DNA from: Tetramitus jugosus
Taxonomy: Eukaryota > Protista > Heterolobosea
DNA length: 64,000 nt
Reading direction: 5' to 3'
Assembly: GCA_937625935.1 (NCBI GenBank)
Contig: OW569346.1
Span: forward strand, 310,001-374,000
The first letter of the stretch is position 1. Each line of letters opens with the position of its first letter. Below the pieces are notes generated by a model, which did no database searches, had not been told where the DNA came from, and saw only the letters and a list, made by a program, of their open reading frames with translations. A program made the position numbers and the translations under genes. Shown piece by piece: positions 53,910 to 64,000 of this stretch.

Positions 53910-54333
53910 TCTAGAGCACTCTTTGTTGCGTTTTATCTGTTTTATCTTAAATAGTTTCGTTGGTTGTTTGGTTCAAGTTACTGTGTCGGTTGACTATTTT
54001 ACAGGGAAGAACGAGGATACTGTGTTTCTAAGCTTTTTATGGTTTTGCTGCAAGACGAGAGTGATTCCTCCACATGGATGAAGCGTCAGATACAGGTGAA
54101 ATATTAATATACAAGCACTGTGGGAGAGTATGTGAATTCTCTGAGAAGGTTCTTTGTTTCTTCGCGCAACAGCAGCTAAATGTTCACACTGTGTATCGGG
54201 CTTGGAGTGCAACACCAGATTATTCTTGGCTTTCTGGCGTTCAAAATATCTTGGTTGACAGACGAAAAATGTTTTACAGCTCGACACGTGACACAGTGGC
54301 ATTTCTTTGAACAAGGAGCAAGCCCATTTTATA

Positions 54334-57300
54334 TTAGTTCGATGTTGGAATAACAGGAGTATTACTACATGAGTGAGGCTTCTTAGGAATGAACAACGAA
54401 TCCAATTCTTCGAAATTCTCGCTCGTAAAGCTCGTCGAGGAGAACAATTCTTGGAAAATGAGCTTCTTTGTTCGCAGGGAATACCTGTACTTGCTAAGAT
54501 AACCAAAGACAAAATAAAAGAGAGCTGGTGAGAAGTCATTTGGTGATGTTTGCCTCTGTTTCTTCAACACTTTTGTTGCAGATGCTTCTGTCACAGGATT
54601 TGCTAGCAGCGTAATTTGCTTCAGAATGGCTGTCTGACTTTCATTCAGTATGTCTGGCAAGTGATGATCAAGGGGATAGTATGGTTCTTGGATCGATACA
54701 GCAGAACCTTCGTACTCGTATGGAGCAATCGTAAAGAACTGAGATGAGTTGGTGGGAACGCTCACATACACACGAGTCACAGGATCAGCATGACACTCCC
54801 ATCCTAGCTGTGTAATCTTCTCTTGCGCCTGAGCAGACTTGTTCATCACTCCTAGAATGTACATGCAAGTACCTCGAAGAGATAGATTGTTGGAGTTCTG
54901 TGCCAAGTTGATGAGTCGTTCGATACAGTTTGCTTCCTTGATGAATTGGTAGCCGCTATCGCTTGCACCAATGTGTCCAATAGCCCACAGAGCAGCTCTC
55001 AAATTGCGCAATGCATTCTGTTTTGCCTCTTCGTTAGCAAAAGTGAGCCGTGGAGTAATGCTCACAGATGTTTCATAGTCGGACAGAACTTGAATAAAGG
55101 AGTTAAAATGTCCAGATTCCTTCAACATGTCACATCCCTCATTGGTCTTACACAATTCACCAAAGAAGTGAGGTGGTAGTGAAATGCCCTCGTTTGAGAG
55201 TATTGAGTAGGATAGTCCAGTCTTTGAGTACCTGTCGTTCATTGACTTTTCTAGAGCTTCTTCTACTGTTGTGACATATTCGAGATTTTTGGATGTCATC
55301 CAATCTTTCATCGTGTTTTGAATCCATCCTACTTCATACAAATAGAAGAATCCTTGAGGTCTGGACAACAAACGAAGCAAGAGTACTTTGCCGTCTGGTT
55401 GTCTCTCCAATGGTTCCACCGAAGGACGCAATGCAGTCAAAGCATCCAAATTTTCAATTTCTTGACATGCTTCCACCAACGTTTTCAGTGCTGTTATGAC
55501 CACATCCTCCCAAGTGTCAGTCAGCTGATTGTTCAACAATTCGATACCCCAGGTATGGAAGTCGACTGATTCACGTAGAAGTCGTTTCATATGAGAAATG
55601 GCAAAATAACGAACTTTTTTCGATCCCTTTTCCATGGCCTGCTTGATGATTGATCTTGCAGGCTTGGTTGCGTTCTTTGATCTGGTGAAGTCCAATGCCT
55701 TGATGCTTAATTGACATATATCGTCTCTCGTTGTTGTCAATTTATGCAGCGCATTAAAGATCTTAAAATCAATCAACAGTTCAACGCCTTGAGGAGATGC
55801 ACTGAGAGTTCCAATAAAGGTGAAATAACGTCTCGACATCTTATATGTTACTCTCTCGTCGCTAAATGTTCTGTTGGGGTTGGATTCTGGATTGGTTTGT
55901 AGCTCAATCTGCAATCCATCCCGAAGTTCATCCAAGAATCCACACTTGCGCAAGAATTGACATCCATCATTTGTCGATAGTAAATTCTCAATGAGTTGTT
56001 CTCCGACACGAGCATAAATAAACAAGTCCTCCTTGTAGGGCAACTCAGAGAACAATCGACTCGATGGAAGATAAAATCCGAGGAGACGTCTTATAAATTT
56101 CTGGTTGATCGCTTCCAATAGTCGACTCGGTGTTCTCAGTGGTCCAAACACTAGAGTGATAATCTTCTCCCAATTCCACTTTTTATCATCTTTTGTTGTC
56201 ATCACATTGGATTCTTTGATCAGTTGACTGAATTGAATATCATCGACAGCACCACTCACAGAATTCAAAGTCTTGACCAACTCGGCCGGTATATCCTTCT
56301 TTTGAGACACTTGATTCGTTTGTTGTGTGTACAGTGTTAGCATACTCAACACTTTGGAGCGCTTTCTATCAGAAGCAAACAGTTCATCATTCCTCAACTC
56401 CTTCGCAACGACCGAGTCAAACAAATCATGCATCTGTAGGCATCTATCAGATGATAGCAAAAGGTCAGAGAAGGCTAAGATAGTTTGTAATATTTGCGCA
56501 GATCTTTGACTCACATCATGCTGGTCTTTGACTCGAGACAACGTCAGCAGTGCATTCAATAATCCATTGTCTATAAATGACAGAATGACCATCGCTAAAA
56601 AGTTCATAATAATGTTATCGCCCTGTAATGTACTCGTCAGTTTATCCACTTGTGTCACAGAAGAGTACTGTGTCACTTGAGGCTTCAACACATTCAAATG
56701 AGAGATTTTTCCATCCTCTATAGAAAGCAATAATGATTGAATTAGAACACCCACTCAAACTCAAGTGTATCAAACAAATAACAAGCAATAAAAAGGTAAA
56801 TACTCACTCTCTTGTCTCTCTTCTGTTGATAGCTTTGGAATCAGATAGCGATAATGAGGAGGAGATGCACCTCTCAATATCAAAATAATAGTATCAAACA
56901 AAAATTCCTTTCTCATTTCGTCCTCTGGTAACAACAATGCATCCACGATGGCACCGACTGCGACACCTCTCTCTGACAAGCACACTAATCCCGTCCAACT
57001 CTTCATCATGAAGCAAATTGCTCTCTGAGATGCCTCCAATTGTTCCTTCATAATCTTTTTGTCCTCGACGTATCCTTGAGTGAATGGACTGATCAAGTAC
57101 TGAATGTCATACATGGGACGAATAAACTTTCGCTTCGAAGGGTCATCATACAAGTACAGGAACGACTGGATGATACTCTCTGAAATTTCGTGGAATTTTG
57201 GATCCAGAACAGCAGACAACAACACGCGCAATCCGTTTGATGACGCCACAACTTTTGGATTAAAAATCAAAATGTCTCTCAGAATTTCAGTGGCAACAAA

Positions 57301-58739
57301 CTTGAATGCATCTTCTGGATTCTCTGCGATTGATGCAACTGCCTTGACAAGTATGTTTGGAATGTGAATGGCATCACTCTCCACCTTTGACAGTCCTTTC
57401 ATCAAATCAAACACCTGTTTCTTCTCCTTTAGATTCTTCTTGTCTACATCAAACATTCTGAACAAACCATAATAACACAATAACAACAACAACATTAACA
57501 ATAAAAACAACAGTTAATTGACTCTCTCTTCCCAAACACACACATGCACCACAAAGATTTCACATCTGAAAACAATCCCACTACACATCATTTCAATCAC
57601 ACACACACACACACACAAACACACACTACATACTTGCACAAATGAAAATGACAATGATACTTCCAAAAGTGAACAGAAATCGATTCGACATATCTACAAA
57701 AGTATCGAATCGCACGAATCGCAGATGCCCTGAGGTATGAACTTCGATGAACAAGCATCATTCTCATTGTTTGAGCAACATAGTCCATGGTCAATGAAGC
57801 ATACTCATCTTCCTCATCCACATTGTTATTGACTCCTCTACTGTTTTTGATAATGGTATGAATAGCAAGAGGAGGAATATCATTGGGAGCTACACTCATG
57901 TTCTCTGCTGTTGCCGTACTGGATGATGATAAAAATACATGTTTCATAATGGACGATGCTGCTGTTGTTGTTGTTGTTTGTGATGATGGTGATGATTGTT
58001 GTTGTGGTTGTTGTTGTTGATCAGTACCACCATAATGATTGTTATTATTGTTGTTATTGTTATTATGATAATCATAGAAACAATTCTGGAGATCAAACTT
58101 GAGTGTTTTTGCAATAATGACCAATGTTTCAAATGATTTGACCTTGTCTCTACCATCCGTACCTGTTCTTCTCAATTTTACACACACTTGTTTCAACTCT
58201 TTTTTCGCATTTTCAATCTGTTCGATTCTCAATTGTTGTTGTTGATGAAACGATGCAGCTACATCACTGCTACTACTACCAATCATTGTCACATTTCGAT
58301 TGTTGTGATTTGTTGGAGTTGTTCCCCCTAGCGTAGGTGATGAAACGACATTGCTTGTTTGTGATGATGATGATGATGATGAAGAAGCTGTGGTTGTTGT
58401 TGATGATGATGATGTTGGATGGTGAATATTGTGATGATTGATGATATCAACATAGGCAGAGTATGGAAAAGGATAATTCGTCTGTTGTTGTTGTTGTTGT
58501 TGTTGTGAGTACTCTGATGTTGGTGTCGTAGCAGTGGACGACGGTTGTGATGTGTTGCCTCTTGGAGTTCTCGGTGTAGTGTTGCCTCTGGGAGTAATTG
58601 CTCTGGGAGATGTTAGATTCCCATTACTACTACCATTGCTATGACTATTATTACTATTCGTGTTATTGTTGTTATTATTGTTATTGTTCATGTTGTTGGT
58701 GGCGATACCGATTGCTTTTTTCAGATTCAAGTTTTTCAT
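54334..58739 (-). CDS. RICTOR: Rictor/Ste20/PiaA (TORC2 subunit), at least 3 exons
   Basis: Introns 57458-57633 and 56718-56807 join three ORFs in frame. Motifs LRASAIRAIRY, FMMKSWTGL, KWNWE, PPHFFGELCKT, LRAALWAIGHIG and LSLRGTCMYILG. Start codon uncertain. Confidence 0.92.
57598..57616. repeat. (CA)n microsatellite in Rictor intron 1
   Basis: cacacacacacacacacac directly visible. Confidence 0.85.
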
Positions 58740-59399
58740 TCTCTTGTTGGTGTAGTCTCTCTGTTGTTGCTGTTGTTGTTATGTTATGGTTTCGCGATTC
58801 TCTCTGCTAAAGGGAAAATGATTGGACTAATTCAAATTGATGATGATAATTACAATTAGAAATGAATATTGGGATATCAGCAGCAGAAAATGGATGAAAT
58901 AAATAAATGGGTTGGGTTTCTCTCTTTGTTGGTGGTGGTGAGAGAGAGGATGGATGGATGATGCTTTCTGACGCCTTAATCGATTTTCGTTTTGAGGCAA
59001 GCAACGATGAAAAAAGAGTCAAGCCGCTTTTTGGGAGCGACAAAGAAGCGGCGGCGATAAAAGGGAAAATATTGTTGTTATTCGTTGTGGTTGTGGACAT
59101 GTCCAACACTTGACGAGGTCGTCAATCATTTACAAAAAGTGGTCACACAAGTGAAAGCGAGGATAAGGAGCTCAAGTCAAGTCAATAATACAACAAAAAT
59201 CAATGCAACGATCTGATGAGTTGTTCAAATCTTGACTACGGAAGAATATGTCAAACTTCTCACTTTGATGTTGCCTTCAAAAGTCAAGATTCTCAAAGAT
59301 TTCGTGTTCCAGTTTTCCTTGTTCCAAACAACAGCGAAAACACCAACAATTTTGTGAAGGAAAAGATCCACCAACATAACTAACACAAACACGACCAAG

Positions 59400-59747
59400 A
59401 TGTCCCACAGACAAGAAAATCCAGTGAGAGAAGATATGGACGAACGCATTCACCTCAAGGTTGTCAAAGATGAAAGTGAAATTTACTTCAGGATCAAGAG
59501 GACTACCCCTATGAACAAGTTGATGGACGCTTACTGTCAAAGGCACAGCTTGAATGCTTCCACGGTTAAATTTACCTTTGGTGGCAAAAGAATTTATGGC
59601 AGCGAGACTGCTGAGCAATTGGATATGAAAGATCAAGATATCATCAATACTATGGTCCATCTTCCATCAACAAGCTGGAGAATTCTAATCACTTTTATCT
59701 TAGTGTTGCTGCTATCATCGTTGGTGGTGTACTATAAAAATTACTAA
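59400..59747 (+). CDS. SUMO-like protein with C-terminal TM tail, no di-Gly
   Basis: IHLKV..EIYFRIKRTTPMNKLMDAYCQR..VKFTFGGKRI..ETAEQLDMKDQDII is a SUMO fold, followed by LPSTSWR-ILITFILVLLLSSLVVYY-KNY*. Confidence 0.8.
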   Translation: MSHRQENPVREDMDERIHLKVVKDESEIYFRIKRTTPMNKLMDAYCQRHSLNASTVKFTFGGKRIYGSETAEQLDMKDQDIINTMVHLPSTSWRILITFILVLLLSSLVVYYKNY

Positions 59748-60696
59748 GATAAATACTGTTGGGAATAGCGAAATAGGATTATAGTTCAATCATGTCCAGG
59801 TCGTGCGACATTATCTTTTATGTCACGTTGGATCAACATGATAGGTTGAATGAAGGATAGTTTACAATCTTGACAATCAATTCGAGGTAACTTGTCTGAG
59901 GCTCAGAGCCACATCCTTGACCCTCTCTTGCCCCAAACAACCCCTAAATCTTTACTTACAGTCACAAGAGTTGGTATCGGTGAGGAACCCCAAGGCTGGA
60001 AACTCTGAATCCATCAATCATAAAACTGTCCGTATGTGAGAATTTCAGACCGTGGATGGTGTAAGAAGCGATTCAACTTACACCCGATGGAAATACATCG
60101 AATAACGGCAACTTAAATTTACTCTGATGAACCACTAGCCCAAAGAACATTACAAGCTCCTTCAAATCACAGGGAGCACTAATTCTTCAATTCAATCTGG
60201 GGAGAGCTACAAGGCTGAGCCTATCAATGAACAACTGTGCTTCATTCATTGACTTGGGTCAAATCAAAACAGACATGACATTCCTCCGATGAATTTCCAA
60301 TCCGCTCAAGTTTTTATTTGTGCCTCGTGACCGGTATTCGAAACGGGAGCTCCAAAATTGTACCCACGCACGTGGCGGCACAATTTTGACTGTGGAAAAT
60401 CTTTGAACGCAGCGACTTTTGTCTGATGCGAAGGTCAGTCATTCCGCAAAGCCGCACAACAAGAATCCAATTTCATACACACGCTTTTGAAGGTTGGGTG
60501 CTCCTGTGTGGTAAATCTTGTTCGAATCGCTCTGACTCCCATCAGCTCAAGCCGAAATTGAAATTGGAATTCATATTCATATTATCTGCATGCAACAACA
60601 CACAACACAAGCAACCAAACAAACAAAACAAAAACAACAAGATCACCGAACCTGTTGGATAAACACACACAATAGTCATTCCTCACAACATCTGTC

Positions 60697-62433
60697 ATGA
60701 CGCTACTTGTTCAACCATTACACTTGGCCCTTCCAACCAAAACAACATCATCAATCGCACTCAACAACAATCATACTGCTGCGTCTCCAAAATCCACACC
60801 CACTCATCAAAAGCTACAATCCAACAATCCAGCCACCACTTCGAGCTATTATTACAGTAGCGCCAATGCACAAAAGAACACTGACATGAACAACACCAAC
60901 AACAACAACACTAGCAATGATAACATGAATCACAACAATATTAATAATAGTGAACAACCAACAACCATTATTGAAACCAAGACACAACCAATAACGACGA
61001 GTCAAACGACCGTTGGAGCAGAGAAAAAGGCTCATTTTTTGAGAAAGAGACTACCAGAAGAGTCTCACAAGATTACTCTTGTGATTGACATGGACGAAAC
61101 GCTCATATCCGCTCATTTGCATCCCTATAAGAGAAGAAGAAACACGCTTCAAAAGTCAACAACAACAACAACAACTGAGTCATCGGTCAACAATCATATG
61201 AACAACAAGAAGAGTACGAACAATGGTACGACGCCGAGTCAAGAGAAAAGAGAGTTTGCTTTGCCATCTCATGTGTACCACAGCAGTGCTGCTGCCTCTC
61301 GCACCACTACACGCCGCCTCTCCTTCTCCAATCTCATCCGCGGAAATCACCCCAATAGCAATCCCCAAAATAATACCCCGACACCGAATTCTCCTGCAAG
61401 GTCGAAAATTCCGCCATCCAAGAATGGAAATTCTCCCGCCTCTTCCACGGCGACTGCGACTGCTGCACTGCCTGTGCTTCCTCTGCCGCTAATCACGTCT
61501 CGACAAGTGATGGATCCGCCGTTGCCTCCACCTTCACCTACATCGACAACACCAAACAATGACGATTCTCACATTCTCATGATGAGAGCTATACCGTCTG
61601 CACCTATCGCATGCGAGGGAAATCATTCTCTATTGAGCAGAGAACAGCTCATTGAAGGACGATCACTCTCTCCATCGTCATCCTCATTGCTATCCACAGT
61701 TGTGACTCACAGTGTCGATACAGATGATGAAGATGATGATGATGAGGAAGAAGAAGAAGATGAGGATCCACTCATCCATGGACTGGAATACTTTGAGACA
61801 GAGTTTGTCAGTGAACAGGGCACCCACGAGCGAGTCACAGTGTACAAGCGACCTTTTCTCTATCATTTTTTGAGTCAGGTCAAGCAATGGTTCGAAGTTG
61901 TCTTGTTCACATCGAGTACTCAACCGTATGCTGACTCTATTCTGGATCAAATTGAGAGAGAAGCAGAGTTGTATGGTGCGACTCAAGGTGCAAGTGGAGC
62001 CAATGGGTCAAATGCTCAGCGTAATCGTGAGACAATCAACCTAGGAAAGAACAAGGTGTTTTCTGAGCGATTGTATAGGAGACATTGCACACGTGTGGAG
62101 CCCATGTTTTGCTTGGAAATGTTCCAATCGACATGTGTAGTCAAGGACTTGAATCGATTGGGCAGAGATTTGAACAAGACTGTCATTATCGATAACTCAC
62201 CTTCGGCTTACAAGTGGCACACACGGAATGCCATGCCTGTTTCAACATGGTCTCACACGGATCTCGATTCGACGACTGATGAAGAGTTGAATCAATTGTT
62301 GCCATACCTGTATCAAATGTTCATTTCCAATGAGATTGATCAATCACTAGGGCAGTACAAGTCACAGTTTAGACGCAACGACTTTTATGAAGACGAATGC
62401 GGTGATAATCAGGGCTCATGTCGCATTTCATAA
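60697..62433 (+). CDS. FCP/SCP-family (CTD small phosphatase-like) HAD phosphatase
   Basis: LVIDMDETL (DxDxT), VYKRPFL, VLFTSS..YAD, RLYRRHC, VKDL..LGRDL...IIDNSP. A long low-complexity insert follows motif I. Confidence 0.92.
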   Translation: MTLLVQPLHLALPTKTTSSIALNNNHTAASPKSTPTHQKLQSNNPATTSSYYYSSANAQKNTDMNNTNNNNTSNDNMNHNNINNSEQPTTIIETKTQPITTSQTTVGAEKKAHFLRKRLPEESHKITLVIDMDETLISAHLHPYKRRRNTLQKSTTTTTTESSVNNHMNNKKSTNNGTTPSQEKREFALPSHVYHSSAAASRTTTRRLSFSNLIRGNHPNSNPQNNTPTPNSPARSKIPPSKNGNSPASSTATATAALPVLPLPLITSRQVMDPPLPPPSPTSTTPNNDDSHILMMRAIPSAPIACEGNHSLLSREQLIEGRSLSPSSSSLLSTVVTHSVDTDDEDDDDEEEEEDEDPLIHGLEYFETEFVSEQGTHERVTVYKRPFLYHFLSQVKQWFEVVLFTSSTQPYADSILDQIEREAELYGATQGASGANGSNAQRNRETINLGKNKVFSERLYRRHCTRVEPMFCLEMFQSTCVVKDLNRLGRDLNKTVIIDNSPSAYKWHTRNAMPVSTWSHTDLDSTTDEELNQLLPYLYQMFISNEIDQSLGQYKSQFRRNDFYEDECGDNQGSCRIS

Positions 62434-62635
62434 ATTCATTCACAACGTCCTCGATCCCCCAGAAACATAACCCTTCATCTTTCTCCTGTAGGCCTCGACC
62501 TACCTAGTTTTTTCCTTCATTGTATTCTCAAATATCGGACCTTTTCAGGATCGCATTTTGCTTTTTCAGAGCACCAAAAAAAAACAAACAAACCACACAT
62601 CAACAATTCAAACAAAATATTGGATCAAGAAGAAA

Positions 62636-64000
62636 ATGTCCAGCACGATCCCACCACATTTGCCAGAAGTGATTGAAACATCTCAACTACCATCAAACGC
62701 CACCATTCTCTTCAACTACATTGACGGAGAATTTAAAGACTCCGACAGTGGAAAATACATTGTAAACAGAAATCCAGCAAACAACCAAATCAATAATTAT
62801 GTAACGTACTCGACCAAGAGTGATGTGGAAAGAGCAGTCGAATCTGCTGAGAAAGCTTTTCACTCTGCTGAGTGGAAGAATTTCTCCGTCAATGATCGAG
62901 CGGCCATACTCCACAAAATCGCCGACGAACTACAGAAAAATCAAGCAGAGCTGGCTCGATTGGAGAGCTTGGACACGGGAAAAACAGTGAGCTCAGCTTT
63001 CCATGTGGACATTGATCGTGCCATATCAAACTTTAGATTCTATGCCAGTGAGATTCTCCAGTCTCCTACACTGTGTCATCCAATGGAAAAGCCAGTTCAA
63101 GCCATCAACTATACTCTGAGACAACCAGTTGGTGTTTGTGGTTTGATTGCGCCATGGAACTTGCCCTTGTATCTACTGTCATGGAAGATTGCACCTGCAC
63201 TGGCCTGTGGAAACACCATTGTCGCAAAGACATCAGAGTTCACTCCACAGACAACACAGTACTTGGCACAAATCATTCACAAGATAGGATTACCAAAGGG
63301 CGTGTTCAACTTGGTTCACGGACTAGGGGCAGAGTGCGGGAGTGCCATTGTGGGTCACCCTAGTGTTCAACTCATTTCGTTCACTGGTGGAACACAAACA
63401 GGAAAGGTTGTGGGCAGTGTTGCGAGCAGTATGCTGAAGAAGGTGAGTCTAGAGTGCGGTGGAAAGAATGCTTTGCTAATTTTTGAGGATGCTGATCTGG
63501 ATAAGGCTGCTGACATTGCCAAGAGAGCATCGTTTGCCAATACTGGTCAAGTGTGTCTCTGTCCATCGAGAATTTTGGTTCACGAGTCGATTCACGATGC
63601 ATTTGTCTCACGTTTTGTTCAATTGGTCAAAACAATCAAGGTGGGTGATCCAAACGATAAGGAAACAACCATGGGATCATTGATCTCATTGCCTCACAGG
63701 GCCAAAGTGGAATATTATATTGAATTGGCAAAGCAGGAGGGAGGAACAGTGGAATGTGGCGGTAAGAGACCTGATAACTTGCCTGAGGAGTTCAAGGAGG
63801 GTGCCTTCTTGGAACCAACAGTCATCACTGGCCTTTCTATTCATTCTAGAACTGCCATGGAAGAGATTTTTGGATGTGTTGTCACAGTTCACACATTCAA
63901 GGATGAAGCTGAGGCAATTCAAATGGCAAACACATCAAACTATGGTCTATGCGCCTCCGTTATTACTACAAATGTCAGCAGAGCTCATCGTGTTGCTTCC
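62636..64000 (+). CDS. ALDH8A1: ALDH8A1-like 2-aminomuconate semialdehyde dehydrogenase (3'-truncated by window)
   Basis: Hand-translated from ATG 62636: NYIDGEF, ESLDTGK, DIDRAISNFRFYA, PWNLPLYLLSWKIAPALACGN, SFTGGTQTG, SLECGGKN, NTGQVCLCPSR, EEIFG. Confidence 0.88.
   Translation, partial: MSSTIPPHLPEVIETSQLPSNATILFNYIDGEFKDSDSGKYIVNRNPANNQINNYVTYSTKSDVERAVESAEKAFHSAEWKNFSVNDRAAILHKIADELQKNQAELARLESLDTGKTVSSAFHVDIDRAISNFRFYASEILQSPTLCHPMEKPVQAINYTLRQPVGVCGLIAPWNLPLYLLSWKIAPALACGNTIVAKTSEFTPQTTQYLAQIIHKIGLPKGVFNLVHGLGAECGSAIVGHPSVQLISFTGGTQTGKVVGSVASSMLKKVSLECGGKNALLIFEDADLDKAADIAKRASFANTGQVCLCPSRILVHESIHDAFVSRFVQLVKTIKVGDPNDKETTMGSLISLPHRAKVEYYIELAKQEGGTVECGGKRPDNLPEEFKEGAFLEPTVITGLSIHSRTAMEEIFGCVVTVHTFKDEAEAIQMANTSNYGLCASVITTNVSRAHRVAS

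Noticed and set aside
59655-59736. Cryptic intron giving the SUMO-like gene a GG end (CTAAT...TTAG at 59703; out-of-frame VGGVL*)
   Set aside because: The only nearby GT (59655, GTCCAT) is a poor donor and phase 0, giving CCCYHRWW rather than GG. SUMO similarity also continues through MVH. RNA-seq should still confirm this.
60124-60220. C/D box snoRNA (TGATGA...CTGA)
   Set aside because: No terminal stem or recognisable rRNA guide sequence.
1-64000. CRISPR arrays, rRNA, prokaryotic operons or defence systems, alternative genetic code
   Set aside because: No repeat-spacer arrays or rRNA seen. Spliceosomal introns and standard stops explain all ORF breaks.

Overview
This is gene-dense eukaryotic nuclear DNA with about 35 protein genes, short intergenic spacers, short GT-AG introns (61-176 nt) and many poly-Q/N/T tracts. 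EF-1alpha lacks the opisthokont insertion and has motifs ([27 protein letters not shown]) that I recall as Naegleria-like, so a heterolobosean (Discoba) is inferred but not proven. Recognisable genes include RNase H2A, a VPS4-like AAA ATPase, calpain, a UBE2Q-like E2, FMO, FANCD2, EPG5-like, a TALE homeobox gene, an S10 carboxypeptidase, EF1A, Miro, RPL19, Rictor, an SCP/FCP phosphatase, ALDH8A1-like and tRNA-Asn(GTT). The top finding is a 5'-truncated, polyadenylated retro-insertion (38231-38657, minus strand). It has a perfect 16-bp target-site duplication and its 5' end lies 44 bp upstream of tRNA-Asn, facing it. This is the geometry of Dictyostelium TRE5 elements, so it is a candidate tRNA-gene-targeted retrotransposon in another lineage. 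Other highlights are an RNA-ligase-like nucleotidyltransferase just downstream of that tRNA, a SUMO-like protein whose di-Gly is replaced by a tail anchor, and secreted CBM52-like Cys-rich proteins (a mosaic tandem triplet plus a DNRLRE/CBM96 fusion). All calls come from reading motifs by eye; no searches were run.
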